Below, in pieces: positions 37,557 through 47,706 of a stretch of DNA of 64,000 bases. Both the position numbers and the translations under genes were made by a program. The stretch is from Bacillota bacterium (GTDB lineage Bacteria; Bacillota; Clostridia; Saccharofermentanales; Fastidiosipilaceae): the NCBI GenBank assembly GCA_030057555.1, contig JASGUU010000020.1, positions 5,286 to 69,285 of the forward strand. Direction: 5' to 3'. Numbering within the stretch: position 1 is the first letter of the stretch; each line of letters begins with the position of its first letter. Below the pieces are notes generated by a model. That model was not told the origin of the DNA and ran no database searches. It was given only the letters and a program-made list of their open reading frames with translations.

Positions 37557-39122
37557 TCAACCCGCCCCGAGCAGCAGCCAGATGTTATCGGCGAGCGTGA
37601 GGCGGACGGCCGTGGCGAGGTCAACCCGACGGAAGACCAGGCCCAGCAGCGGCGAGGTCGTAACGGTGCCGATCCGGCTCCGCTGCACCTCGGTCAGCAG
37701 TTCGCGCCAGGGATCGGCGTCATCGGCCCAGCGGTGCAGGCGCAGCAGCTGGCCGTAGCGCAGCGGCAGATCGGCGGCATCGAGGGCCTGGCCGCTCACG
37801 AGATCATAGCGTTCGGCGAGCGGACCTTCGCGCAGCCGCGCCATCAGCCAGGGACGCACCCCCGGATCCAGACGGTCCTGAGAAGCAAGCGAAAGCCAGA
37901 TCGCCATCTGATCCTCGAGAACCCAGGCGGGATCGTCGATCCAGGCCACATAGGACCCGGCTGCGGGATCGTATGCCTGCTGCGACCAGGGAAAGAGATC
38001 CGCTGCGGCGCCCGTAAGCAGTTCCAGCGAGCGGTTGTAGACGGCCTCGTAGCGCTCGTCGACACTCTGCAGCAGGCGCAACGCCTCGAGATCGAGGTCG
38101 GCGAGGCGGATCAGCTCAAGTCTCGCAGCCGCTGTCTCACCTGTGCCGGCCTCAGGCGTACTGACCAGCGGGCGCCAGTCCTCATCCTGAATCTCCCCCT
38201 CGGCATCGCGGCCTTCAGCGGGTTCGGCATAGGGCGTCGGCTGCGGGCTGCTGTAGAGCTCGTCCTCGAGCGGAGGCGGGTCGGCACCCTCGCAGAGAGC
38301 CAGCCAGGCCCCGGAGAGTCTCTCAATCGCGCTCAGCAGCCAGCCATCGCCACGGGCGTCATAGGCGAGTATGAGGGCACGCAAAGTCCGGAGCGTCGCA
38401 CCGTCATCGCGCAGACGATCCCCGGGCTGCTCTTCGGCAAGATATTCGCGCCCGTCTACCTGGCCTGCTCTGAAAGCCTCCTCCAGCTCCGCTTCCGGTA
38501 CGGCCTCGTCACGCAGGCGCAGCTCGCGCCCCTCCGCCCTGTCGCGCCAGGCCACCGGCGCCACCGCAGCCGCCCGCATGAGGACACCCTCCTCACGCAG
38601 CAGCGTGGTCTCCATGGAGTGCCAGACACTGTCGAAAAGCTCCTGGTCGCTGCTCTCGGCCGCCAGAAGAAGCAGGGCTGAGAGATCCCGGCTGCGTGTA
38701 AAGGCCTCAGGATCTTCATAGAAACGGCCGCTCGCCGCATCCAGCCAGCGCCCGCATGCGAAATTACCGTCTCCGTTCTCCAGTGCCAGCGTCATGCGGT
38801 TTATCAGGCGGTCGCGGTTGACCTCGGCGCCGCGGAGATCGCGGTTGGCGAGGCTGGCCGGGATTCTGGCCTCCACGGTGAAGGATCGCGTCAGCCTGCG
38901 CAGGCGGCCGCTCTGCCAGAGCAGTCCGAAGAGCAGCAGCAGGACCAGGACGGCGCCGATCAGCAGCGCAGGCAGCCCGAAGCGGCGAACACGGACCTCA
39001 CCGGCCTCCCGCCGCCCCGCAAACGAGCCGGCCTCGAGGACGGGTACAGCCTTTTTCGTCTGCTGCTCCTGCCTGTCCATCTCCTCGGTCACGCTACTCC
39101 TCATTTCTTGTTCCCTATTCAT
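37557..39122 (-). CDS. Membrane-anchored protein of unknown function (521 aa), last gene of the ABC efflux operon
   Basis: One N-terminal TM (LPALLIGAVLVLLLLFGLLW), then a large Ala/Leu/Arg/Asp-rich helical-looking domain. Overlaps the permease stop by 8 nt. No family recognised. Confidence 0.6.
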   Translation of the reverse strand: MNREQEMRSSVTEEMDRQEQQTKKAVPVLEAGSFAGRREAGEVRVRRFGLPALLIGAVLVLLLLFGLLWQSGRLRRLTRSFTVEARIPASLANRDLRGAEVNRDRLINRMTLALENGDGNFACGRWLDAASGRFYEDPEAFTRSRDLSALLLLAAESSDQELFDSVWHSMETTLLREEGVLMRAAAVAPVAWRDRAEGRELRLRDEAVPEAELEEAFRAGQVDGREYLAEEQPGDRLRDDGATLRTLRALILAYDARGDGWLLSAIERLSGAWLALCEGADPPPLEDELYSSPQPTPYAEPAEGRDAEGEIQDEDWRPLVSTPEAGTGETAAARLELIRLADLDLEALRLLQSVDERYEAVYNRSLELLTGAAADLFPWSQQAYDPAAGSYVAWIDDPAWVLEDQMAIWLSLASQDRLDPGVRPWLMARLREGPLAERYDLVSGQALDAADLPLRYGQLLRLHRWADDADPWRELLTEVQRSRIGTVTTSPLLGLVFRRVDLATAVRLTLADNIWLLLGAG

Positions 39123-40362
39123 GCCTCAGTGCCTCAATCGGGTCCAGTCGGGCGGCCCGGCGCGCCGGATAAAGTCCGAAGAAAAGGCCAACCGCGCTGG
39201 AAAAAAGGACCGCCAGAACAATGACACGGGGATCAAACACCATGCTGAAGCCGACGATACGCGTCACAATATAGGTAAAGACGAGCCCGAGCACAACGCC
39301 GAGGACGCCGCCGATGAATGTCAGTACCATGGCTTCGGCCAGTATCTGGGCGAGAATATCGCGCGTGCGCGCCCCAACCGCACGGCGGATGCCGATTTCC
39401 CTTGTCCGCTCGGTGACCGAGACCAGCATGATGTTCATCACGCCTATGCCTCCGACGACCAGCGAGATGCCGGCGACCACGGCGATGAAGGCCGTGATAT
39501 AGCCGATGACCGTGTCGACCTGTTCCAGAATATCCGCGATGACGACAACACGATAGCTGTTTCCGGTCGCCTCCGGATGGCGGCGGCGCAGAAAGGCGGT
39601 GAGGCGCTCCGCCACTTCGCCGGTGTTCTCGGGTCCGGTGCTCGCAGCCATCAGCATGACATAGCCGTCCGGCCGCCCCTCGAGCCGCTCGAGCGTGGCC
39701 AGCGGGATAAACAGTTCCCCCGGCACGCGCTCCATCATGCCGGCATCGGCCATCTGCCCATACTCGCTCTGCAGGGACCCGGAAAGGGTGCGCACCACGC
39801 CGACAACCCGCGCCTGCAGCCGGTAGTTCGACAACGTGAGATCGAGATCGCGCCCGACGGCGTCCGTGGTGCCGTAAAGGGCCTCAGCCGTGCTCTCGCT
39901 GACGAGAATCACTGGTGTGCCCTGGTGATGGTCGCTGTCGGTAAACTGGCGGCCGGCGATGGTCTCGAGCGCGAGGATGTCGGTATACCAGGGGTCGATC
40001 GCGGCGACAATAGCGTAGCCCTCGGTGCTCTCCCGGCCATCCGGCCGGGCTTTGCGTGTCAGACCCAGACGCTGCTGCAGGGCCGAAACCGCCTCGAGCC
40101 CGTCCAGCCCGGAGCGCAGCAGTTCGAGGTCCTCCGGCGTTACCAGCGTATCGCCACTGCGACGGTCGGTCACCTCGAGCAGGAACTGATTCGCACCGAT
40201 CTCGCGAAACTGGCCGAGAATGGCGTCCTTCCCGCCCTCGCCGATCGAGACGACGGCAATCACGGCGGCAATCCCGACGATGATGCCCAGCATGGTCAGC
40301 AGCGAGCGGATGCGGTTCGCCCGCAGACTGCGCCAGGCCATGCGGACGGCATCGCGAATCAT
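39115..40362 (-). CDS. ABC transporter permease, MacB/FtsX family
   Basis: MacB_PCD-type N-terminus (AWRSLRANRIRSLLTMLGIIVGIAAV) and a C-terminal FtsX domain. ATGA overlap with the ATPase. Confidence 0.9.
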   Translation of the reverse strand: MIRDAVRMAWRSLRANRIRSLLTMLGIIVGIAAVIAVVSIGEGGKDAILGQFREIGANQFLLEVTDRRSGDTLVTPEDLELLRSGLDGLEAVSALQQRLGLTRKARPDGRESTEGYAIVAAIDPWYTDILALETIAGRQFTDSDHHQGTPVILVSESTAEALYGTTDAVGRDLDLTLSNYRLQARVVGVVRTLSGSLQSEYGQMADAGMMERVPGELFIPLATLERLEGRPDGYVMLMAASTGPENTGEVAERLTAFLRRRHPEATGNSYRVVVIADILEQVDTVIGYITAFIAVVAGISLVVGGIGVMNIMLVSVTERTREIGIRRAVGARTRDILAQILAEAMVLTFIGGVLGVVLGLVFTYIVTRIVGFSMVFDPRVIVLAVLFSSAVGLFFGLYPARRAARLDPIEALRHE

Positions 40363-41066
40363 GTCAGCGGCCTCCCGACGGGCGTCTCCGTGAGGCGGCC
40401 GTCGATGATGTGGACCTGCCGCCGGGCCCGGGCGGCCACACCGGGATCGTGGGTGATCAGGAGCACGGTGCGCCCGGCTGCATGGATGGTTTCCAGAACC
40501 TCCATGATGTCCGCGGCGGAACGCGAATCGAGATTGCCGGTGGGTTCGTCGGCGAGCAGCAGACCCGGTCGGGTCACCAGGGCTCTGGCGATTGCGACCC
40601 GCTGCTTCTGTCCCCCGCTGATCTCGGTCGGCAGGTGGCGGCGCCAGTCGGCGAGACCGACCGTTTCGAGCTGGGCCATGGCCCGCTCGCGGCGTTCCCG
40701 CCGGGAAACGCCCTGGTAGATCAGGGGCAGCTCAACATTCTCCAGAATGTCCAGACGCGGCAGCAGGTTGAAGGACTGGAAGACAAAGCCGATGCGGCGG
40801 TTGCGCAGCAGCGCGAGGCCATCATCCGTGAGTCCCGAAACATCGTCGCCCTCAAAGAGATAGCTGCCGCTGGTCAGGCGGTCCAGACAGCCGATGATGT
40901 TCATCAGCGTGCTTTTGCCCGAACCCGACGGCCCGAGAATGGCGAGGTAATCCCCAGCTGCGACCTCGAGATCGATCTCCCGCAGCGCTTCGAAGCGTAC
41001 ACGTCCCGACTGGTAGATCTTGCCCGCCCGACGGAGCGAGATCAGGGGCCCGGGGGAGCTAGTCAC
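40359..41066 (-). CDS. ABC transporter ATP-binding protein (MacB/LolD-type)
   Basis: Walker A GPSGSGKST, signature LSGGQKQRVAIARAL, Walker B LLLADEPTGNLD. GTG 41066 overlaps the adaptor stop (GTGACTAG). Confidence 0.93.
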   Translation of the reverse strand: MTSSPGPLISLRRAGKIYQSGRVRFEALREIDLEVAAGDYLAILGPSGSGKSTLMNIIGCLDRLTSGSYLFEGDDVSGLTDDGLALLRNRRIGFVFQSFNLLPRLDILENVELPLIYQGVSRRERRERAMAQLETVGLADWRRHLPTEISGGQKQRVAIARALVTRPGLLLADEPTGNLDSRSAADIMEVLETIHAAGRTVLLITHDPGVAARARRQVHIIDGRLTETPVGRPLT

Positions 41067-42900
41067 CGGCCGCCTCGAGTGCCCGTACCGGATCACCTTC
41101 CCTGAGTCCGCCGGGCGGATGCAGAAGCACCCGGTCAGCGGCACCGAGACCATCCTCGACCTCGGCGGCGAAATCGGCGACCAGGCCGAGACGGATCATA
41201 CGTGTCTCGATACGCCCCTCGCTGTTGACGACCCAGACCCAGGGCTTCCCGTCACGGTAGAGGACCGCGTCGAGGGGGATGGCGGGCACTTCCTCGCGCA
41301 CCGCGAGCAGGATGCTGGCATCGATGTCAAAACCGATGACCAGAGCCTCGCGTGCCTCGCGCGTGCCCTCAATCGACATGGAAACAGGCACGGTCGCCTC
41401 CGTTCCGGCGCTCTGCAGCAGAGAGGAGGCCGTCTGGCCCGTCTGGGTGGAGACGCGGGCGATGGCGGTGATTTTGCCCGTGAAATCGAGCGAACCGTAG
41501 CTGTAGCTGACGTTCTGGCCCACGGCAATGCGGGCCAGATCGCTGCGATTGGCATCGAAGCAGGCATAGAGGCTGTCCTCGGCATAGACCGTCAACAGCA
41601 GACGGCCGGCAGCCACCTCGTCACCGGCGCTGACTTCCAGGCCCGAGACGATGCCGTCATGGTCCGCCCGCACTTCCCGCGGCGTCTCAGCCAGCAGCTG
41701 CCGCGCCTGCTCTTCGCTCAGGCGGGTGCCGGTCAGCAGGCTGTCCGCCTGGCCGAGCTGACCCTCGAGTTCCTCCAGATATGCTGCCAGTGCGGCCTCA
41801 TCGAGCCGGGCCGTATTGCCGGAGCGGCCGGTGAGACCGGCAAACATCGCCGCCCCGCCCGTCTCGCCGGAGGCTGTGGCTGTCGTCTGCTCCGAGTTCG
41901 GCGTCGTCTGCTCCGAGCTCGGCGTCGTCTGCTCGGGCTGCCCGGTCTCCGCTGCCGTGTCGTCCGGCGCAGCCGTAGGGTCCTCTGTCGGGGTGGTATC
42001 CGACAGGGTGGTCGTGGGCAGGCCCGGCAGATCCGACGGCAGCTGTTCAATCAGCTGCTGCAGCTGTTCTTCGAGCTCCGAGGCCCGCGCTTCGCAGTCT
42101 CCACGCAGGCCCTCGTATTCGCCCAGGGCCTCGTCGTAGCTGGTACGCAACCATGTGACAAAGTCCTGCAGCTGCGTCAAAGTCGTCTGGAAGGTAAGCA
42201 GCAGCTCCTGCAGCTGCTGCGACAGCTCGCCGAGCCCCTGCAGTGCCGCATCGCTGTCGCCCATGCCGCTGCGCAGTTCATTGAGCGCGTTGACGAGGCC
42301 GGCCAGACTCTCGAGTCCGGTGAGATCCGGCAGCTCGAAGCCGGACATGGAGGAACCCAGCGTCGAGAAGCCTGCCATCGTCTCCTGCAGGGCGGCGAGG
42401 CTCGCATTCAGGCGGTCAAGCTCCGAGCTGTTCGCACCGGAAAGCGCGGACAGGTCGACATCGCTGAGATTGCCAAGCCCGGCGAGAGCGGCGAGTTCAG
42501 TCTGTTCGGCCTGCATGGCCTCAAGCTGGGCCTCACTGTCGAGGCGCAGCTGCCGGGCTTCCTCATAGGCCTCCTCGAGAGCACTGAGGTCGAAGCGCAG
42601 CAGCAGGTCGCCGCGGCGCACCCGCTGACCGTCCTCCACATAGACGCGCGCAACCGGCACTCCCGCCGAAAAGACATCCTGCTGCCTGCCCGCCTCGATG
42701 CGGGCACGGACGTTGAGGTTCTGCTCCAGCGTCATCTTCGTGGGCGTGACCACGCGCAGTTCCGGACCGAGCCGCGACTCGTCACGACTGCTTTTCCACG
42801 CCCAGAAGAGGCCCCCCATGAGGGCGAGAGCTGCTGCGAAGGCCACCCAGCGCAGCGGGCGGGAACGGGGACGGCGTAGTATGGTCTTCTCTTCTCGCAT
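41059..42900 (-). CDS. HlyD/MacA-type periplasmic adaptor with long coiled coil and a Thr/Pro/Glu-rich insert
   Basis: N-terminal TM, biotinyl-lipoyl-like and beta-barrel segments, long heptad-like region. Operon context with the MacB-type ABC genes. Confidence 0.8.
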   Translation of the reverse strand: MREEKTILRRPRSRPLRWVAFAAALALMGGLFWAWKSSRDESRLGPELRVVTPTKMTLEQNLNVRARIEAGRQQDVFSAGVPVARVYVEDGQRVRRGDLLLRFDLSALEEAYEEARQLRLDSEAQLEAMQAEQTELAALAGLGNLSDVDLSALSGANSSELDRLNASLAALQETMAGFSTLGSSMSGFELPDLTGLESLAGLVNALNELRSGMGDSDAALQGLGELSQQLQELLLTFQTTLTQLQDFVTWLRTSYDEALGEYEGLRGDCEARASELEEQLQQLIEQLPSDLPGLPTTTLSDTTPTEDPTAAPDDTAAETGQPEQTTPSSEQTTPNSEQTTATASGETGGAAMFAGLTGRSGNTARLDEAALAAYLEELEGQLGQADSLLTGTRLSEEQARQLLAETPREVRADHDGIVSGLEVSAGDEVAAGRLLLTVYAEDSLYACFDANRSDLARIAVGQNVSYSYGSLDFTGKITAIARVSTQTGQTASSLLQSAGTEATVPVSMSIEGTREAREALVIGFDIDASILLAVREEVPAIPLDAVLYRDGKPWVWVVNSEGRIETRMIRLGLVADFAAEVEDGLGAADRVLLHPPGGLREGDPVRALEAAGD

Positions 42901-43060
42901 GGTGCGGACTCAAGCTGCCTCCTGATCACAGGAACCCCGCCGCGCTCCGTCTGCCTCGTGTGGCTGAAGACACGTCAGGGATCCGTCTTGAATTCGATTC
43001 TCAACTATAACAGGCCGGCAGGCAACAGAACGTGGCCGGTCTGTTAAGATTCTGACCATC

Positions 43061-44305
43061 ATGGATACCTGTGGCATTGTTGCCGAATATAATCCCTTCC
43101 ACCTCGGGCATCAGGCACAGCTCGCCTGGCTTGGCGAACGCCTGCCCGGGGCGGCCGTGATCGTCGTCATGAGTCCCTGGTTTACCCAGCGCGGCGAGCC
43201 GGCGGTGCTGGATCCCTGGACCCGCGCCCGTCTGGCGGTTCAGGCCGGCTGCAGCCTGGTCCTCGAGCTGCCCCAGGTTTTTGCCATGTCCTCTGCCTCC
43301 GCCTTCGCGGACGGCGCCGTGGCCACACTGGCTGCGAGCGGGGTCTGCCGCCGTCTCTGTTTCGGCTCGGAGACGGCTGACCTGGCGCCGCTCGCCGGGC
43401 TGGCTGAAGCACTCGACAGGCTCGAGGCCGATCCCGAGCTCGAGGCGTCTGCCCGAACGAGGCAGAAGGAGGGCCTGAGTTATGCCGCCGCCCGCGAGGA
43501 GCTCATCATTCAGACACTCGGCGCCGGAGCGGCAGCCCCCCTCCGTCAGCCGAACGACATCCTTGGCATCTGCTATCTGCGTGCCCTCGCCCGCCTGGCC
43601 GGGGAGCGTCGCATGGAGCCGCTGACCCACCCTCGCCTGGGCCCCGCCGAGCAGCTTCAGGCCGGCCTCCTGCGCGGGGCGCTTGCCCGCGCCGATAACC
43701 CCCGGCAGCTCGCCGCCGCCCTCGACGGCCTCGTTCCCGCACAGAGCGCGGCTGCCCTGATGGCAGCTGCCGCGGGGCGCCTGCCGCTGGTGCGGGAGGG
43801 AGCGGCGGGCTCTCTCGCCTACAGTCTGCTGCTGCGCGAAGAGCCGGAGCGCCTCGCCGCCTTCTCCGGAATGCAGGACGGGCTCGCCGGCCGACTGCGC
43901 CGCGCCGCTGTGACAATGCCCGCCGGAACTCCACGTTCCGGGCTCTGGCCGCGGCTGGTCGATGCCGGTGTTGCCCGCCATCTCAGCCGCGCCCGCGTGC
44001 AGCGGGCCCTCGCCGCCCTCCTGCTCAATCTGACCGCCGACACGCTCGCGGCTCAGCTGGCAGCCGGACCGCAGTATCTGCGCGTCCTCGCCTTCGACCG
44101 CCGGGGCCGCTACCTGCTGCGCCTGATGCGCCGCACGGCCCGGCTGCCCGTCATCACAAAGACCTCGGACTTTCTGGAGTATAGTGCGTCGGGCCCGGAT
44201 TTTGCCTGCCAGTACCGCCTCGACCTCCTCGCCTCCGAGATCTGGTCCATCCTCGCCGGGCGGGGCAGCGGGGCGGATTTTGACACGCTCCCGGCCATGC
44301 TCTAG
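43061..44305 (+). CDS. tmcAL: tRNA(Met) cytidine acetate ligase (YlbM/UPF0348 nucleotidyltransferase)
   Basis: GIVAEYNPFHLGHQ ... QRGEPAV...W.R...A...G..LV.ELP matches the B. subtilis YlbM/TmcAL N-terminus. Confidence 0.85.
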   Translation: MDTCGIVAEYNPFHLGHQAQLAWLGERLPGAAVIVVMSPWFTQRGEPAVLDPWTRARLAVQAGCSLVLELPQVFAMSSASAFADGAVATLAASGVCRRLCFGSETADLAPLAGLAEALDRLEADPELEASARTRQKEGLSYAAAREELIIQTLGAGAAAPLRQPNDILGICYLRALARLAGERRMEPLTHPRLGPAEQLQAGLLRGALARADNPRQLAAALDGLVPAQSAAALMAAAAGRLPLVREGAAGSLAYSLLLREEPERLAAFSGMQDGLAGRLRRAAVTMPAGTPRSGLWPRLVDAGVARHLSRARVQRALAALLLNLTADTLAAQLAAGPQYLRVLAFDRRGRYLLRLMRRTARLPVITKTSDFLEYSASGPDFACQYRLDLLASEIWSILAGRGSGADFDTLPAML

Positions 44306-44385
44306 AATCGACTGACCCGTCCTGTGGCCGCTGTCACGGTCCGCTGATGGACGGGTTTATCACGTAACGGAGGAGGAGACGCGAG

Positions 44386-45630
44386 ATGCATGATTCGAGG
44401 GCCGGATCGGTCTATGACACCCTGCTGGAGCGCGGCTACATCGCCCAGGTATCCGACGAAGACGGCGTGCGCGAACTGCTTGCCGGGACGGGTGTGCGCT
44501 TTTATATCGGCTTTGACCCGACGGCCGACAGTCTCCACGTTGGCCACTTCATCCAGATGATGGTGATGGCTCACCTGCAGCGGGCCGGCCATGTGCCCAT
44601 CGCGCTGATGGGCTGCGGCACCGCCATGGTCGGCGATCCTTCAGGGCGCACGGACCTGCGCCAGATGCTGACCCTGGAAACCATCACCCACAACGCGGAG
44701 CGGTTCCGCGAGCAGATGCGCATCCTGCTCGACTTCACGGACGACCGTGCCCTCATGGTCAACAACGCGGACTGGCTGCTGGATCTTAACTATGTCGACT
44801 TCCTGCGCGACATCGGCGTGCATTTCTCCGTCAACCGCATGCTGGCGGCCGAGGCCTACAGACAGCGCATGGAGAAGGGGCTGACCTTCCTGGAATTCAA
44901 CTACATGCTCATGCAGGCCTATGACTTCCTCGAGCTCCACCGCCGCTACGGCGTCCGCCTGCAGCTTGGCGGCGACGACCAGTGGTCGAACATCCTGGCC
45001 GGCGCCGACCTCATCCGCCGGAAGGAGCAGACGGAGGCCTACGCCCTCACGATCAAGCTGCTGACGACGAGCGAAGGGATCAAGATGGGGAAGACCGCCC
45101 GCGGCGCCCTCTGGCTCGATCCCGAGAAGTGCCCTGTATTCGACTTCTACCAGTACTGGCGCAACATCGACGACGCCGACGTTATCAACAGTCTGCGCCT
45201 GGTCACCTTTGTCCCCATGGAAGAAATCCGCGGCTGGGAGCATCTGACCGGCAGCCAGCTCAATCCCGTCAAGGAGCGTCTGGCCTGGGAGGTGACGGCC
45301 ATTGTCCATGGCCGTGAGGCGGCCGACAGTGCGAGGCAGCAGGCGCGTGCCCTCTTCGCCGGTCCCGGCGAGGCCAGTGACATGCCCGAGACGCTTCTCA
45401 GCGCTGCCGAACTTGAGGCAGGTGTCGGCCTCCTCGAGCTCCTTGAGCGCAGCGGGCTCTCGCCTTCCCGCTCCGCGGCACGGCGTCTCGTCCGTCAGGG
45501 CGGGGTGCGCCTCGACGACGAGGTGGTCCACGACGAGGCCCTCGTGCTGACCGCAGCGGACTTCGCCGACGGTCACCGGATCCTGCGCGCCGGCAAGAAG
45601 CGCTTCCACCGCCTCCGCCCCACAGACTGA
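44386..45630 (+). CDS. tyrS: Tyrosine--tRNA ligase
   Basis: HVGH (HIGH) in YIGFDPTADSLHVGHF, KMGKT (KMSKS), C-terminal S4 domain. SD GGAGGAGGAG. Confidence 0.95.
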   Translation: MHDSRAGSVYDTLLERGYIAQVSDEDGVRELLAGTGVRFYIGFDPTADSLHVGHFIQMMVMAHLQRAGHVPIALMGCGTAMVGDPSGRTDLRQMLTLETITHNAERFREQMRILLDFTDDRALMVNNADWLLDLNYVDFLRDIGVHFSVNRMLAAEAYRQRMEKGLTFLEFNYMLMQAYDFLELHRRYGVRLQLGGDDQWSNILAGADLIRRKEQTEAYALTIKLLTTSEGIKMGKTARGALWLDPEKCPVFDFYQYWRNIDDADVINSLRLVTFVPMEEIRGWEHLTGSQLNPVKERLAWEVTAIVHGREAADSARQQARALFAGPGEASDMPETLLSAAELEAGVGLLELLERSGLSPSRSAARRLVRQGGVRLDDEVVHDEALVLTAADFADGHRILRAGKKRFHRLRPTD

Positions 45631-45650
45631 CAGCGTCATTTTTTGACATG

Positions 45651-45685
45651 CAAAAACCGCCGTGGCGTCCGACGCTGCGGCGGTT
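45651..45685 (-). terminator. Rho-independent terminator after rpsT
   Basis: Minus strand: aaccgccg-N15-cggcggtt, then TTTTTG. Confidence 0.6.
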
Positions 45686-45704
45686 CTACGTTTGCTCAGC
45701 CGTT

Positions 45705-45971
45705 TCAGGCCTGGCTCTGACGGTTCACGGCCTTCGCCAGGCGCGATTTGCGCCGGGCGGCCGTGTTGCGGTGCATGCGTCCCTGGGCAACGGCCTGATC
45801 GATACGCTTCTGGGTGTCGCGCAGCAGATCAGCGGTCTGGTCGACTCCATCGGCGATCGCGCGATCGAGCGAGCGGATCTGCTTACGCAGAGCGGACTTC
45901 TTCATGCGGTTCTGACGGGTCTTCTTCTCCGCAATTTTGACGCGCTTGATGGCAGACTTAATATTCGGCAT
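45705..45971 (-). CDS. rpsT: 30S ribosomal protein S20
   Basis: MPNIKSAIKRVKIAEKKTRQNR is the canonical bS20 N-terminus. Confidence 0.95.
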   Translation of the reverse strand: MPNIKSAIKRVKIAEKKTRQNRMKKSALRKQIRSLDRAIADGVDQTADLLRDTQKRIDQAVAQGRMHRNTAARRKSRLAKAVNRQSQA

Positions 45972-46493
45972 CCTGATTCACCTCCTGACCTGCGGCTTAT
46001 GTGCGACCGAACGAACAATTGCCGCCGGCCGCGCACAGCAAAGAATAATAGCACAGGGCGAGAAAAAGGGGCAAGTGCCGCGGACGTGGCTCAGCCGGCG
46101 GTGGCAAAGAATATGACAGAAAAATTGTGGCAATGTACGAACGCATGACAAATTGAGACAGTACCCGCAAAATCAATCTACGCGTTACCGTTCAGGGGGA
46201 CAGCCAGGCATTTATGGCGGCTCCAATAGACCAGTCCACAAGCCTCTCTTTATTTACAGCTTTCTGCTCTCTACAAATGCCCTGTATCACAGCAATTCAG
46301 GTCGAAATCCTGTGACAAAATCATCTGCTTTTGGACGCTTTCTGCGTATCTTCAGGTGCGTTAGAGGCTGGCGCAACGAATGGAGACATGTATGCCTGTC
46401 ATTTTCGAACATGACAGGCAGTACGGAATTACCTATGCCTACGAGCCGAGGACCTACTGGGATTAGGAGACGAAAAGCGCAGGGCGAAATGGG

Positions 46494-46640
46494 GTGTGCA
46501 GAATTTCAACCTTCCGCGGTGAAAGTGCGCGGATACTTGAAATATTGCACATTTCAGAACCCTTCCGCTCAGAATTTCAACCTTCCGCGGTGAAAGTGTG
46601 CGGAAACTTGAAATATTGCACATTTCAGAACCCTTCTGCC
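46494..46640 (+). repeat. Two 71-nt hairpin units related to the 26579 family
   Basis: cagaatttcaaccttccgcggtgaaagtg.gcgga.acttgaaatattgcacatttcagaaccctt repeated at 46499 and 46570. Confidence 0.85.
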
Positions 46641-47706
46641 GGTATACGCACCCACGCTCTGCCTGCACGACGCTTTGTGCTCACCTCAATGTCGGTCAGC
46701 AGATACATCGGTGGCATCCCGCCACAATAAATGATAACCACATATGCCTGCATATCCAGATTCGACACACCAACCAGACAGGTGCGAACGTCAACGCTCT
46801 GGTTTTCCAGTCTGCCTTAATCCAGATTCCAGCGCGTGGTCTCCATGTTGTACTTACCCTCCATATACTCAGACGCAATCCTCGCTGCTGTCCTGCGTTG
46901 TCCCTTGTACTCGAAACAGCGATTATCTTTGTTACAGACGATGAAATGCTGATTTTCGCGTGTGTGGAAGAGTCCAAAAAGTGTCCGGCGACCATAAGCT
47001 CGGTCGAAGACAAAGCAGGTCCCCTCCGGGAATCGACCCGCCGCTCCCGGATGGCCTCGCCGGTTATGCGCATTTTGACGACTACATCGAGTACCAGTTC
47101 AAGACGAGCGAGCGCATCGTCAAACGGGATATGGCCGTGTGCTATCTGGACTGCTGCGCTGCCTCGTTTCGGACTCCCATACCCTTCACCGTCACGGCCA
47201 ACTCGGCAGCGTCAGCAGGCGTCTCGGCAGCGTGGATCCGACAGGGAGCGACAACACAGCTTCCCTGCAGCATGAACATGGCCAGAATGCCTGCAGTCTC
47301 ACGTAGAGCTTCTTCTCCCTGGCTCTTCTCCTTTGAATGAGATGGGGCAAGAAAAAGGATTACCAGACAGCAGCAAAAAACCTGGGGCTGTCTTCTGTCA
47401 GCAAATCAAGAGGCATCAGCACGCGGATCCAAAGCATCTCGAGAAACTAAGCACTTCACGTGCGTGGTATACTACAGAAGATTGACACCATGTTTGTCTG
47501 GGGATTCGGGCCCGGCGTGAATGCTGAACCGGCCGGCAGGGATCCCCCCTGAATGATATATGTGCAGTGAGAAGAAGAAGCTCCAGCTGCTGCGGGCCGC
47601 CCCGTTTGCCGGCACCCGGTATACATCCTTCGTACCAGAAGGCCCCATCCGTTTCCGTCCGCCTTTTTCCACTGTCCCAATCCCGCCTGTTCGAAAGGAG
47701 AACATT

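Noticed and set aside
44306-44385. T-box leader upstream of tyrS (and of lysS)
   Set aside because: Only 80 nt separate tmcAL and tyrS, too short for a T-box, and no T-box sequence was seen. lysS follows greA by 28 nt. The 44310-44360 inverted repeat (acccgtcc...ggacgggt) is more likely a weak terminator or attenuator.
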